A stretch of 45,375 nt of DNA, from contig JBCBZJ010000023.1 in assembly GCA_039815375.1 (NCBI GenBank), positions 1 through 45,375 of the forward strand, in the 5' to 3' direction. A program made the position numbers and the translations under genes. The DNA is from Verrucomicrobiota bacterium. Lineage in GTDB: Bacteria > Verrucomicrobiota > Verrucomicrobiia > Opitutales > Coraliomargaritaceae. The notes beneath the pieces are model-generated. The model ran no database searches, was not told the origin of the DNA, and saw only the letters and a list, made by a program, of their open reading frames with translations. Of this stretch, positions 1 to 9,220 are shown one piece after another; position 1 is the stretch's first letter, and every line of letters begins with the position of its first letter.

Positions 1-807
1 GCAGTCGGTTTGACTAATCAGATCGATATTGGCCCCAGGACTTCAGATAGGGAGTTTGCGTTGAGGTTTCTTGGAACACTTTACATCCCGAATGACGGCC
101 TCTGGACTTTTCATCTAAGTTCGGATGATGGTAGCCGGTTGTATATCGATGGCTCTGACACTCCAGCAGTTGATAACGATGGAAAACATAGATTGAAGAC
201 CGTATCCAACACAGTGCAACTTGCTGCTGGATACTACCCTGTGGAAGTCCTTTATTTCCAAAATGAAGTCGGACCGAGCGAAGTAAGATTGGAATATGAA
301 GGTCCAGGAATGGAACGACAGGAAGTATCTCAAGATAGTTATTTTAATGTTTTCCAGAAAGGAGTGTCTACCTACACCTATGACGTAGATTTATTGGCCC
401 TTGCCGAAACTTATTTCGACGAACTCACTCCCGCATCTTCCAGTATTAGCAACCGGATTGGCTTTGTTAAAGATTCATTCGACATCGTCTCATCAGTAAC
501 CCGCTTTAGCGGTTATATTAATCTCCCATCGAGCGGAGTTTGGACCTTCTACCTAGGCTCTACGGGCGATAGTCGTCTCTACCTGAATGATGATCCAGAG
601 CCTTTGATCGAGAATGCAGGAATCGGCAGTATGCGTGAGCTTTCAGCTTCGATAGAGGTAGGCTCGGCAAGCTTCTACCCAATCGAAGTTGAATACTACA
701 ATACAACCGAGCAAGAACAGTTACAGCTTGAATTTGAAGGTCCAGGGCTCGAAAGGAAGGAAATTACAGAAGATGATTTGTTTACCTTCCCCGATGACCT
801 CGAATAA
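1..807 (+). CDS. C-terminal part of a protein with two tandem PA14-like carbohydrate-binding domains (5' partial)
   Basis: Frame is open from base 1 to TAA at 805-807. Two repeats of the PA14 pattern: 'G.WTFHLSSDDGSRLYID...YYPVEVLYF...LEYEGPG' and 'GVWTFYLGSTGDSRLYLN...FYPIEVEYY...LEFEGPG'. Confidence 0.75.
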   Translation, partial: AVGLTNQIDIGPRTSDREFALRFLGTLYIPNDGLWTFHLSSDDGSRLYIDGSDTPAVDNDGKHRLKTVSNTVQLAAGYYPVEVLYFQNEVGPSEVRLEYEGPGMERQEVSQDSYFNVFQKGVSTYTYDVDLLALAETYFDELTPASSSISNRIGFVKDSFDIVSSVTRFSGYINLPSSGVWTFYLGSTGDSRLYLNDDPEPLIENAGIGSMRELSASIEVGSASFYPIEVEYYNTTEQEQLQLEFEGPGLERKEITEDDLFTFPDDLE

Positions 808-1112
808 CTAAAGGTCATTAAACGTAACCTCGAGTGGTTCGGCACTAGTCAATATTCAGGCAGAAGCGAACCCAGGAATTAGCCGGTAAAATCTCTAAGC
901 CATCGTTAGCTAACGATGCCTTAACCATTTCAATTTATGCACTGGCACGCTTTTGAGGATGCCAAGAAAATGGCATTTGAACACCTCGGCCTTAGCCAGA
1001 GTTTTCTTCTCACGCACGGAACAAGGAACCCGGATCACTCCTGTGCACTTTTGCCCAATTTATTGATCTTACAAAACGCCGGGAATCCTACCGCCAACTT
1101 TAGATTGTGCTC

Positions 1113-1982
1113 TTACGCCCCGATTGGGTGCCAGGTGGTCTTGAATTCAAGAAAGCTGCGAATAGCGTAGAGCGATTGCGCTTTCTCGCTGCTCCAGAAG
1201 CCAAGGTCCGCCTGTTCACGGATCTTGACCCGCTTGATGCTACCTGCAGCCAGAACTTCAACCTGTGCCCTCGCCGCCGGATCCAGCGAAAGATCGAGAC
1301 CGCGAATGTGCTCGTGGCTGGCGAAGGTCTCGAGCAGCTCATCCCGGAATCCAGTCAACAGATTGAGCACACCGCCGGGAAGGTCTGAAGTGGCAAGCAT
1401 TTCACCAAGCAAAATCGCGGGATAGGGATTCGTGGTCGAAGCCAGTGCCACAACGGAGTTACCGGATGCAATGATCGGTAGCACCTGCGAGATCAGGCCG
1501 AGGAGCGAGGCCGAATCAGAAGTAACGACGCCCACAACTCCGACCGGCTCGGTAACCGAGAAATTGAAGTATGAGCCAGCCACGGGATTGGTGTTACCAA
1601 GGACCTGCTCGTATTTGTCCGTCCAGCCGGAGTAGTAGATAACGCGATCAATCGCGATGGAAACCTCGCGCCGTGCGCTGGCAATCGGCACTTCGCCAGT
1701 AATCGAGATGGCCTGCGCCAGTTCCTCTGCTCGCGCCTCCATCATCTCGCCGAGACGATAAAGAACCTGACCGCGATTGTAAGCTGTGCGCCCCGCCCAG
1801 CCACCGCCTGCCTTGCCGGCCGCTTGAACCGCATTACGAAGGTCCTTCCGGGTGCACTGGGGAATGTTGCAGATGAACTCACCGCGTTTGTCATTGAGCG
1901 GAAAGACACGACCACTTTCGGAGCGGATGAACTTTCCGCCAACGTAGGCCTTGGGTGTTTTCGTTACTGGAATACGGGACAT
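1113..1982 (-). CDS. Truncated aldehyde dehydrogenase-family protein (NAD-binding-like and oligomerisation parts, no catalytic domain)
   Basis: ALDH N-terminal motifs (YVGGKFIRSESGR, W...TAYNRGQVLYR, EPVGVVGV, DLPGGVLNLLTG) but no ELGGK or catalytic Cys. Start placed at ATG 1982, 14 nt after the upstream stop. Confidence 0.8.
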   Translation of the reverse strand: MSRIPVTKTPKAYVGGKFIRSESGRVFPLNDKRGEFICNIPQCTRKDLRNAVQAAGKAGGGWAGRTAYNRGQVLYRLGEMMEARAEELAQAISITGEVPIASARREVSIAIDRVIYYSGWTDKYEQVLGNTNPVAGSYFNFSVTEPVGVVGVVTSDSASLLGLISQVLPIIASGNSVVALASTTNPYPAILLGEMLATSDLPGGVLNLLTGFRDELLETFASHEHIRGLDLSLDPAARAQVEVLAAGSIKRVKIREQADLGFWSSEKAQSLYAIRSFLEFKTTWHPIGA

Positions 1983-1996
1983 GGTTCGAAAATGTT

Positions 1997-3499
1997 CTAG
2001 GATTCTACCTTGAGGTAATCGCAAACACCCTGCTTGCCGCCCTCGCGGCCGAAGCCGCTTTCCTTATAGCCGCCAAAGGGTGAAGTCGGATCGAATTTGT
2101 TGTAGGTGTTTGCCCAGACGACACCGGCGTTCAGGGCGGTGCTCATCTTAAGAATCTTGGAGCCCTTGTCAGTCCAGACACCGGCGGAGAGGCCGTAGGC
2201 TGTGTTGTTGGCCTTTTCAATCGCCTCATTTACGGTGCGGAAGGTGAGAATACTGAGGACCGGGCCGAATATCTCTTCACGGGCGATACGGTGACTCAGG
2301 GTGACGCCCTCAAAGAGCGACGGACGGAAGAAGAAGCCCTTTTTAGGAAGCGAGCAAGAGCTCTGGAAAAGTTCGGCACCCTCTTCCACTCCACAGCTGA
2401 CGAGCTCGCTGATCCGGTCAAGCTGCTCCTTTGAGTTGATCGCGCCGATATCGGTATTCTTGTCGAGTGGGTTACCCACACGGAGCGAAGCAATCCGGGT
2501 CTTCAATTTCTTGACGAAAGTCTCAGCGATCGATTCCTGAACAAGCAGACGGCTACCCGCACAGCAGACGTGGCCCTGATTAAAGAAGATTCCATTGATC
2601 ACGCCTTCGACTGCCTGATCGATCGGCGCATCTTCAAAGACGATATTAGCCGCCTTACCACCGAGCTCGAGCGTGAGACCTTTGCCCGTGCCAGCCGTCG
2701 CCTTAAGGATCGCTTTGCCTACATCCGTGGATCCGGTGAACGCGATCTTCGCTGCCGTAGGATGATTGACGATGTGCTGACCAGTAGCACCAGCACCCGA
2801 GATGATGTTGACTACGCCTGGAGGCAGCTCGGCTTCCTGAAGGATTTCAGCGAATTTGAGTGCCGTAATCGAGGTCGTCTCAGCCGGTTTAATGACCACG
2901 CAGTTCCCTGTTGCGAGGGCCGGCGCGATTTTCCATGCCAGCATGAGGAGGGGGAAGTTCCAGGGGATAATCTGTCCCACCACGCCGTAGGGTTTGTAGG
3001 ATGCCCCCGGCAATGCATAGTCGAGTTTATCAGCCCAACCCGCGTAGTAAAAGAAATGGGCTGCTGCCATCGGGATATCGAAATCGCGCGATTCCTTGAT
3101 CGGCTTTCCACCGTCCAAAGACTCGGCAACGGCGAATTCGCGCGCGTGGTCCTGCAGGAGACGGGCGATACGGTAGAGATACTTACCCCGGTCCTTCCCG
3201 GAAAGCTTCGCCCAGTATTTATTGAGCCCCGTTTCCGCAGCCGCAAAAGCAGCATCAACATCGGCCTTTCCGGCCGCCGGGATTTTGGTGAGAACTTTCT
3301 CCGTCGCCGGATCGATCGACTCAAAGAACTTTCGACTCTTCGGCGCGACCTGCTCGCCACCAATGAAAAGCGAGTAGCTCTCCCTCAAATTCGGATCGGC
3401 CGTTTCGGGTGCAGGATCAAACTCCCAAAGGTCGCCGAAGAGAAGCTCGGGTGTCTTCTTGCCTTGTGAACTGGATTTCGTTGTGCGCTTAGCAGGCAT
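1997..3499 (-). CDS. NAD-dependent aldehyde dehydrogenase
   Basis: IIPWNFP, KPAE, FTGST, LELGGK (catalytic Glu), GHVCCAGS (catalytic Cys), EEIFGPV, PFGGYKESGFGREG. Confidence 0.95.
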   Translation of the reverse strand: MPAKRTTKSSSQGKKTPELLFGDLWEFDPAPETADPNLRESYSLFIGGEQVAPKSRKFFESIDPATEKVLTKIPAAGKADVDAAFAAAETGLNKYWAKLSGKDRGKYLYRIARLLQDHAREFAVAESLDGGKPIKESRDFDIPMAAAHFFYYAGWADKLDYALPGASYKPYGVVGQIIPWNFPLLMLAWKIAPALATGNCVVIKPAETTSITALKFAEILQEAELPPGVVNIISGAGATGQHIVNHPTAAKIAFTGSTDVGKAILKATAGTGKGLTLELGGKAANIVFEDAPIDQAVEGVINGIFFNQGHVCCAGSRLLVQESIAETFVKKLKTRIASLRVGNPLDKNTDIGAINSKEQLDRISELVSCGVEEGAELFQSSCSLPKKGFFFRPSLFEGVTLSHRIAREEIFGPVLSILTFRTVNEAIEKANNTAYGLSAGVWTDKGSKILKMSTALNAGVVWANTYNKFDPTSPFGGYKESGFGREGGKQGVCDYLKVES

Positions 3500-3517
3500 A
3501 GTTCGTGAAAAGTGAAA

Positions 3518-4459
3518 TTAGTAGCCGGAGCTGGAGTCACTGAATTTCCAGGGCGCCTGGTAGAAACCCTCGTCCTGCTTGCGGAGCTGCATCAAAAGAT
3601 CGTTCAGCAACGAACTGGCGCCGAAGCGGTAACGCAGGTTATTGAGCCATTCGTCGCCGAGGGTCTCCTTGACTGCGACTAGATAGTGGAGCGCCTGCTT
3701 GGCCGTCTTGATCCCGCCGGCAGGCTTCATCGAAATGGGCGTGCCGGTTTCGAGATAAAAGTCGCGGATTGCTTCCAGCATGACTTGATTATTGGCCAGC
3801 GTCGCGTTGCCCGAGGTCTTACCTGTGCTGGTCTTGATAAAGTCATTCGGCCGCAGGACATTCATGGCGAGAAAAGAGGCGGCTCGGATGTTGTCGTAAG
3901 TCTCCAGCTCGCTCACTTCGAGAATCACTTTCAGCGTAGCCTCACCACAGGCCTCGGCAACCGCAGCAATTTCGTCCTGCACAAGCTGGACATGACCGGT
4001 CAGAAATGCACCCCGGTGAATCACCATGTCAATCTCAGTGGCACCATCACGGACCGCCTGTTTCACTTCCTGCAAACGTGTGCGTAACGGGTATTGCCCG
4101 GAGGGAAAACCCGTCGCAACCGAAGCGATACCGATCGGTGAATCTCCAAGGAACTTGCGCGCATGCTTGACCATCGCCGGATAGACGCACACCGCAGCGA
4201 CTTGAAGGTCCGGCATTTCGGCGTCCGGCGACTGTGCCTTCTGACAAAGCGACTCCACCTTTCCGGGCGAGTCTTTGCCTTCCAGTGTCGTCAGGTCGAC
4301 CATCGAAACCGCTAGCTTCAGGCCCTGGACCTTGCTCGCCTTCTTGATGCTGCGGGTCGTAAACTTCGCCACACGCTCCTCAATCGCAACCTGGTCAACC
4401 GGACCCACCTCGTCGATGAGGCGACGTAGCGGCGATTTGTTAGCAGCAATTAAGGACAT
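3518..4459 (-). CDS. deoC: Deoxyribose-phosphate aldolase
   Basis: DLTTL, AAVCVYP, VATGFP, GATEIDMV, LKVILE, FIKTSTGK (Schiff-base Lys), KPAGGI, RFGASSLL. Confidence 0.95.
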   Translation of the reverse strand: MSLIAANKSPLRRLIDEVGPVDQVAIEERVAKFTTRSIKKASKVQGLKLAVSMVDLTTLEGKDSPGKVESLCQKAQSPDAEMPDLQVAAVCVYPAMVKHARKFLGDSPIGIASVATGFPSGQYPLRTRLQEVKQAVRDGATEIDMVIHRGAFLTGHVQLVQDEIAAVAEACGEATLKVILEVSELETYDNIRAASFLAMNVLRPNDFIKTSTGKTSGNATLANNQVMLEAIRDFYLETGTPISMKPAGGIKTAKQALHYLVAVKETLGDEWLNNLRYRFGASSLLNDLLMQLRKQDEGFYQAPWKFSDSSSGY

Positions 4460-4613
4460 TAAATAACATATTATTTAGAGCAGACTTTCGAAAACAATCT
4501 AATTCGACATGAGTTGAATCGAGAAAAAACTTTCTTCGGTAGCACCTGTTTCAGTTAAGCGAGAAGTCGAAACGTATTTCCACCAATATCTCCAGACCGG
4601 AATGCGGACCGAT

Positions 4614-7600
4614 CTAGGGCAGGATCTCCACCCGCACCCGCATGAATCCTTCGTCGGCAGAATCCGGTGCATTGATCGGGTCTTTCAACCGAACCGTCAC
4701 GGTTTCAGTTCCATCTCCATTCGAAACCGGATCTCCGACAATCTCCATATCCAGAGGATCCGATTCCCAAGTCCCTAAATCCAAACTGGTAAGACATTCC
4801 ACAAAGTAGCGGATCCCGTATATTTCATACCCGTCATCGCTTGGGTCACCAAGGCCACCCTCAATGCGTCTGAGCTGAATGGCGAAATAGCTATCACCGC
4901 CGTCTGTATGAATGTTCGCTAAAGGCAGTTTGCCGACCGCATCACCTGCCGTCATCGTCTCGATCTGGAATGCGAAATCAACGACATTGAGACGCCCGTC
5001 GTTGTTAAAATCGCCAGTCAACTCGGTCTCCGGGCCGTTGGCACCCTCCCCGAATGCACGATCCTTCCATTCCTGCCCGAAGGGCGCGACCTTAGCGTTA
5101 TTTTGTTCAAAATTTGCCGTAATAGTCTGCGACCCTGCTATTTGGATCGTCGTGCTGGCCGAATTCGAGTCAGCGATCCCAGCAGTATCTCCTGTCCAAT
5201 TCACGAAGCTGTAACCAGGGGCTGGTGCAGCCTCGATCACCGTCACCTGACTTGCATTGACGGTAACACTGCCGCTGGGCGAGACCTCCCCGCCGATGTC
5301 TGCGTTCATGGTGAGAGTGAAGTTGTCAGGCGGAGTATTTACCATCACCTCAACTTCTGCAAAGGTGGTCAGCGTGCCGTCAGAAGCAGCGAGCCGAAGC
5401 CGGTAGATACCAGCTGAGTCAAAGGTCACGGCGGGATCTTCGACCGTTGCGTCAGTGAAGTCGGCGGTGCCTGGGCCACTGACTTGTGACCATGAAAGCG
5501 TGAGCGCGGAGGAGCCGTCGTCGGTTACGGTGGCATTGAGACTCAAGAGCTCGCCGGTCGTCACGGCATAAGGTCCTCCCATGAGTACGGTAGGTCCGAC
5601 ATTGAAGACAGCGCCTTCAAAGCGTGCGAGGTAATTGGCAGAAAGTGGGCGCTCCAACGTTTGGTTCGGGAAGGTTACGCCGACCGCCGCATTGTCACCC
5701 CCACCACCTTCCTTATGAAGCACTTCAATGTAGTAGGCTTCGCCGGCGACGAGTGGGATGAGCCCCGACTGCTGGGTGGAGAACTTGTCCCACTGCCTGG
5801 ATTTCGTCCAACCGTTGATCGAAACGACGACAGTCTTGTTGGCAGGATCATTATCTGTGCTGAGAAAAAGTTGGGAATGATCATCGGAAGATAGCCAGAA
5901 GGTATAGTCTCCGTTTTGCGGTGCGATGAAGTAACCGCGTATGCGTTGGCCGTAGTTGTCGGCCACATTGACCGATGCTTCGAAAAGCTGGTCCAGCACC
6001 TCGGTGTGATCCGGCTGCTCGTTGATGAATGATTGACTATCGAGTAAGCCCGATAACTGGTTTCCGCTAATACCTTCGTAGCGCTCGAGGTTCACCCCGC
6101 TGCCGGCAGCAATGCCACTACTGCCACCGACTTCGATACGAATATCACGCGAATCGGCGATCACTCCATCGCTGGCGCTAAAACGGAGCAGGTAAACGCC
6201 CGCTCCGGTGAAGGATGCGGTAGTATCTTCAGACGAGGCATCCCCAAAGATAACCGCTTCTCCATCAGGAACCGTAACCGCAGACCATATGGTCACAAGA
6301 TTGGCCGGGACCGGAGCACCATCGTCAGTTGCGGTCGCTTCCAGAACTAATCCCATATTTTCCGGAATACTTGCAGACTCCACGGAAGGGCTGTCGATCA
6401 TAACAACCGGTCGTGCATTCACGGTGAGCGTTGCAGAATTACTGCTCAGGCTTCCGCCCAAATTCGAAACCAAACAAGTATAGCTTCCAGCATCCTCTGG
6501 CAAAACGGACTGGATGGTGAGCGTCGAAGCAGTCGCACCGGGGATATTGCTTTCATCGATCCTCCATTGGTAGCTGGGCTCAGGATTCCCGTCTGCCGTG
6601 ACGGAGAAGGAAACCGATTCACCTTCATTCCGACTCTGGCTGACGGGCTGGCTCGAAATCGAAGGCGGCACAGGGTTGATCACGGAAAGCGTCGCGACAC
6701 TGCTCATGGTGCTTCCATTCATGTTCGTAACGATGAGCGTGTAGTCGCCGCCATCGCTGATCGCAGCACTGGATATCGTTAGTGTATCGGTCAGCGAGCC
6801 ACTTATATTACCACCGTCGATCAGGTCGCTACCGTTCTTCTGCCACTGGTAGGTCAGCGAGCCTTCGCCGGCTGCAAGCACGGATAAACCGGCATCCTCG
6901 CCGACTGTAATCGTAAGGTCGGGGGGTTGCGTCAGGACAATTGGGGCAGCAGTGGTCCGCGTGCGGTTGTCGGCCGTGAACTGCGCTCTCTCTTCGAGAT
7001 AAATTGCATTGCGCGCTCCAAGATTCGGATTGGAACCATCGAATCCCGCTCCTGCATTTCCGGTGTAACCGCCGGAAACGTAACGGCTGTCCGCCCGCGT
7101 ATCGCCAGTAGCATCATAACCGTCCACGGCACCGGTCGGCACACCCTGGTAGTTCACATTCGGATTTGCGAAGTATGGGATACGGCGCCAACCCCAGTCG
7201 TAAGCCATCACTGTCCGGTATCTCCTGTCATCTGTTCCGTTGATACGCCAACCGTAGTTGTAGACGGAGGTGATCGAATCGCTGGAAGTATCACCCCAGG
7301 AATGCTTCAGCCCGATGTTGTGCCCGATTTCGTGAACAAAGGTAATCCGGTCGGAGGACATGTAGTTCCGCGCCGTAATACTAGATCGTCCTGGACGGTA
7401 AGCGATGCCAGCCGAGCCCTGGGTGCTGCGAACAATAAAAGCCTGCAGATCGGCTCCGAGGTGGAGGGCCAGATCGGATACCGTGTCAAGGTCGCCGTCA
7501 CTGGAACTGTTCAGGTCGCCGAGTTCCTCACTCATGGAGCTGCTGTTGTTCCCCGGATCGTTGTAGAAGGGGTCTTCGATCGTAGCGAGAAGTATCAACT

Positions 7601-8528
7601 CGACCGCGCCGGGCGTGATGCCGGAATTGTCGAAAGCCATGTTCATTCGGTCCACCGATGAGATGATGCGCGCTTCGATCTGCGCAGTGCCACCATCTGC
7701 CGAGCGTGCCGCCGCGCTGTAACCGACGACGATGTCCAGAGTGTTCAAGGCATCCGATTGAATCTCAAGACTCTCCGCAAGCGGAGCCGAATGCGCACCA
7801 CAGGGGCAATCCTCATCATGCGTATCGAATGAATCATCGACCGGCTCCGGGAGCTCAACTTCGTCCGGAATACCGCAGACTGCGGTGCGGACGGATTGAT
7901 CCAACTGGCGAATCAGGAGATCGCCGTTATGCGCCGTGCGTAGTTCATAGTGCATACCTTCGGAGTAGTCGGCAACGTGACCGAAGACCACTCCCTCATG
8001 TGCGACGATCAGGAAGTCATCTTCGGGCGCACCGTCGAGTTTACCCATAATCGTCGTGGTCTTATTACCCCGACGCACTCGCTTGGCCACCTGACCGACC
8101 CAGCCTTCCGGCGTCGGTAAACGCAGCTGGTTGGTTTCACCGGACAAGACATTTTGCAGAGCTTCGTGATCAGCGGCTACGGACCAGGCTGCTTGTGTGT
8201 CGTCAATGTCATCCGGAATTAAAAATTCTATTTCGCTCTCCGTTAGTTGGCCAAGCACTTGAAAAGACTCCGCGATTTCGGAAGTTTCCTCGGTAGCCGT
8301 GCGCTGCGTTACCGCTGTCTCAGGTGCCCAATACGGTGTGTTGGTTTCGGAGATCGTTGCCTTGGGATCTTTTGTTGGTGTTTCGGCATTGGCAATGTGA
8401 TGCCCAATCTTATCCGATCTCTTATCAGTGGCGTCCCCTCCTATCATCTGATAAATCAAAAAAACCGAACCTACTGTAGCTATTAGCAAAAGCAACAGGA
8501 ACGAAGATCGGATGCGATGGGGCTTCAT
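4614..8528 (-). CDS. Large secreted or membrane-anchored metzincin (M12/reprolysin-like) protease with Ig-like, PKD-like and PA14 modules
   Basis: N-terminal hydrophobic segment; possible Cys-switch 'AVCG'; zinc motif HEIGHNIGLKH; Met-turn 'RTVMAY'; two Ig repeats (YQWQKNG...DGGDYT; YQW...DAGSYTC); PA14 (FWLSSDDHSQLFLS); PKD-like 'WSQVSGPG...GIYRLRL'. Confidence 0.85.
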   Translation of the reverse strand: MKPHRIRSSFLLLLLIATVGSVFLIYQMIGGDATDKRSDKIGHHIANAETPTKDPKATISETNTPYWAPETAVTQRTATEETSEIAESFQVLGQLTESEIEFLIPDDIDDTQAAWSVAADHEALQNVLSGETNQLRLPTPEGWVGQVAKRVRRGNKTTTIMGKLDGAPEDDFLIVAHEGVVFGHVADYSEGMHYELRTAHNGDLLIRQLDQSVRTAVCGIPDEVELPEPVDDSFDTHDEDCPCGAHSAPLAESLEIQSDALNTLDIVVGYSAAARSADGGTAQIEARIISSVDRMNMAFDNSGITPGAVELILLATIEDPFYNDPGNNSSSMSEELGDLNSSSDGDLDTVSDLALHLGADLQAFIVRSTQGSAGIAYRPGRSSITARNYMSSDRITFVHEIGHNIGLKHSWGDTSSDSITSVYNYGWRINGTDDRRYRTVMAYDWGWRRIPYFANPNVNYQGVPTGAVDGYDATGDTRADSRYVSGGYTGNAGAGFDGSNPNLGARNAIYLEERAQFTADNRTRTTAAPIVLTQPPDLTITVGEDAGLSVLAAGEGSLTYQWQKNGSDLIDGGNISGSLTDTLTISSAAISDGGDYTLIVTNMNGSTMSSVATLSVINPVPPSISSQPVSQSRNEGESVSFSVTADGNPEPSYQWRIDESNIPGATASTLTIQSVLPEDAGSYTCLVSNLGGSLSSNSATLTVNARPVVMIDSPSVESASIPENMGLVLEATATDDGAPVPANLVTIWSAVTVPDGEAVIFGDASSEDTTASFTGAGVYLLRFSASDGVIADSRDIRIEVGGSSGIAAGSGVNLERYEGISGNQLSGLLDSQSFINEQPDHTEVLDQLFEASVNVADNYGQRIRGYFIAPQNGDYTFWLSSDDHSQLFLSTDNDPANKTVVVSINGWTKSRQWDKFSTQQSGLIPLVAGEAYYIEVLHKEGGGGDNAAVGVTFPNQTLERPLSANYLARFEGAVFNVGPTVLMGGPYAVTTGELLSLNATVTDDGSSALTLSWSQVSGPGTADFTDATVEDPAVTFDSAGIYRLRLAASDGTLTTFAEVEVMVNTPPDNFTLTMNADIGGEVSPSGSVTVNASQVTVIEAAPAPGYSFVNWTGDTAGIADSNSASTTIQIAGSQTITANFEQNNAKVAPFGQEWKDRAFGEGANGPETELTGDFNNDGRLNVVDFAFQIETMTAGDAVGKLPLANIHTDGGDSYFAIQLRRIEGGLGDPSDDGYEIYGIRYFVECLTSLDLGTWESDPLDMEIVGDPVSNGDGTETVTVRLKDPINAPDSADEGFMRVRVEILP

Positions 8529-8729
8529 TTACTAAGGCAGAAGCTAGTAAAATTTAGAGAGGAACTAGACACCCTCAAAACTAGCTCCAGCAAACCCTGT
8601 CGCGACTGGTTTCCTTTCTACATCAATGCTTTAGCATTTCTTTAATAAAACTCGGAAGATTCGAAAAAATTCCACTAGGCCCTTCATAGTGGGAATACCC
8701 TAAGAACGTAAGGAACTTGAACTTCCAAT

Positions 8730-8762
8730 AAAAAGCCTCGTGCCAAATGGCGACGAGGCTTT
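8730..8762 (-). terminator. Rho-independent terminator ending the rpsL-rpsG-fusA-rpsJ operon
   Basis: Minus strand reads AAAGCCTCGTCGCCA-TT-TGGCACGAGGC-TTTTT, about 50 nt after the rpsJ stop. Confidence 0.8.
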
Positions 8763-8810
8763 GAAAGCATTTTAAAATCCCGACTCAGAGAATCGAGGAG
8801 AGCCTATCGA

Positions 8811-9119
8811 CTAGACATTAATGGAAATGTCCACGCCGGCCGGAAGGTTAAGCTTCTTGAGCTCGTCGACGGTAGCGGCAGTTGGATCGATGATGTCAAT
8901 CAGGCGCTTATGTGTGCGCACTTCGAACTGGTCCATGGACTTCTTGTTAACGTGAACAGAGCGGTTAACGGTGAACTTCTCGATCTTGGTCGGAAGCGGC
9001 ACGGGGCCGGAAACGCGGGCGCCGGAACGCTTTGCAGTTTCAACGATATCGGCAGCTGACTGGTCGATAACACGGTAATCAAAGCCCTTAAGGCGGATAC
9101 GGATACGTGGTGCACTCAT
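8811..9119 (-). CDS. rpsJ: 30S ribosomal protein S10
   Basis: [41 protein letters not shown]; 102 aa. Confidence 0.98.
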   Translation of the reverse strand: MSAPRIRIRLKGFDYRVIDQSAADIVETAKRSGARVSGPVPLPTKIEKFTVNRSVHVNKKSMDQFEVRTHKRLIDIIDPTAATVDELKKLNLPAGVDISINV

Positions 9120-9220
9120 GATATTTCTTTTGTTTGGTTAAGTTGTTATGTGATTGTTGAAAGTTTCTGTTCCGACGGGATTCCGATTAAGAGTAGGATG
9201 AAGATTAAGAATCTAACTTC

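Noticed and set aside
943..958. TGGCACGCTTTTGA as a sigma54 promoter
   Set aside because: No GC at the -12 position with correct spacing, and no credible gene downstream on that strand.
1113..1982. Short ALDH as a pseudogene
   Set aside because: Uninterrupted ORF, tightly spaced in the operon, with a clean loss of one domain and an intact C-terminal strand.
2570..3469. Long antisense ORFs (2570-3469, 6927-7661, 15520-16518, 28945-29664, 34313-34993 and others)
   Set aside because: Shadows of well-supported genes on the opposite strand in GC-rich DNA; no recognisable motifs.
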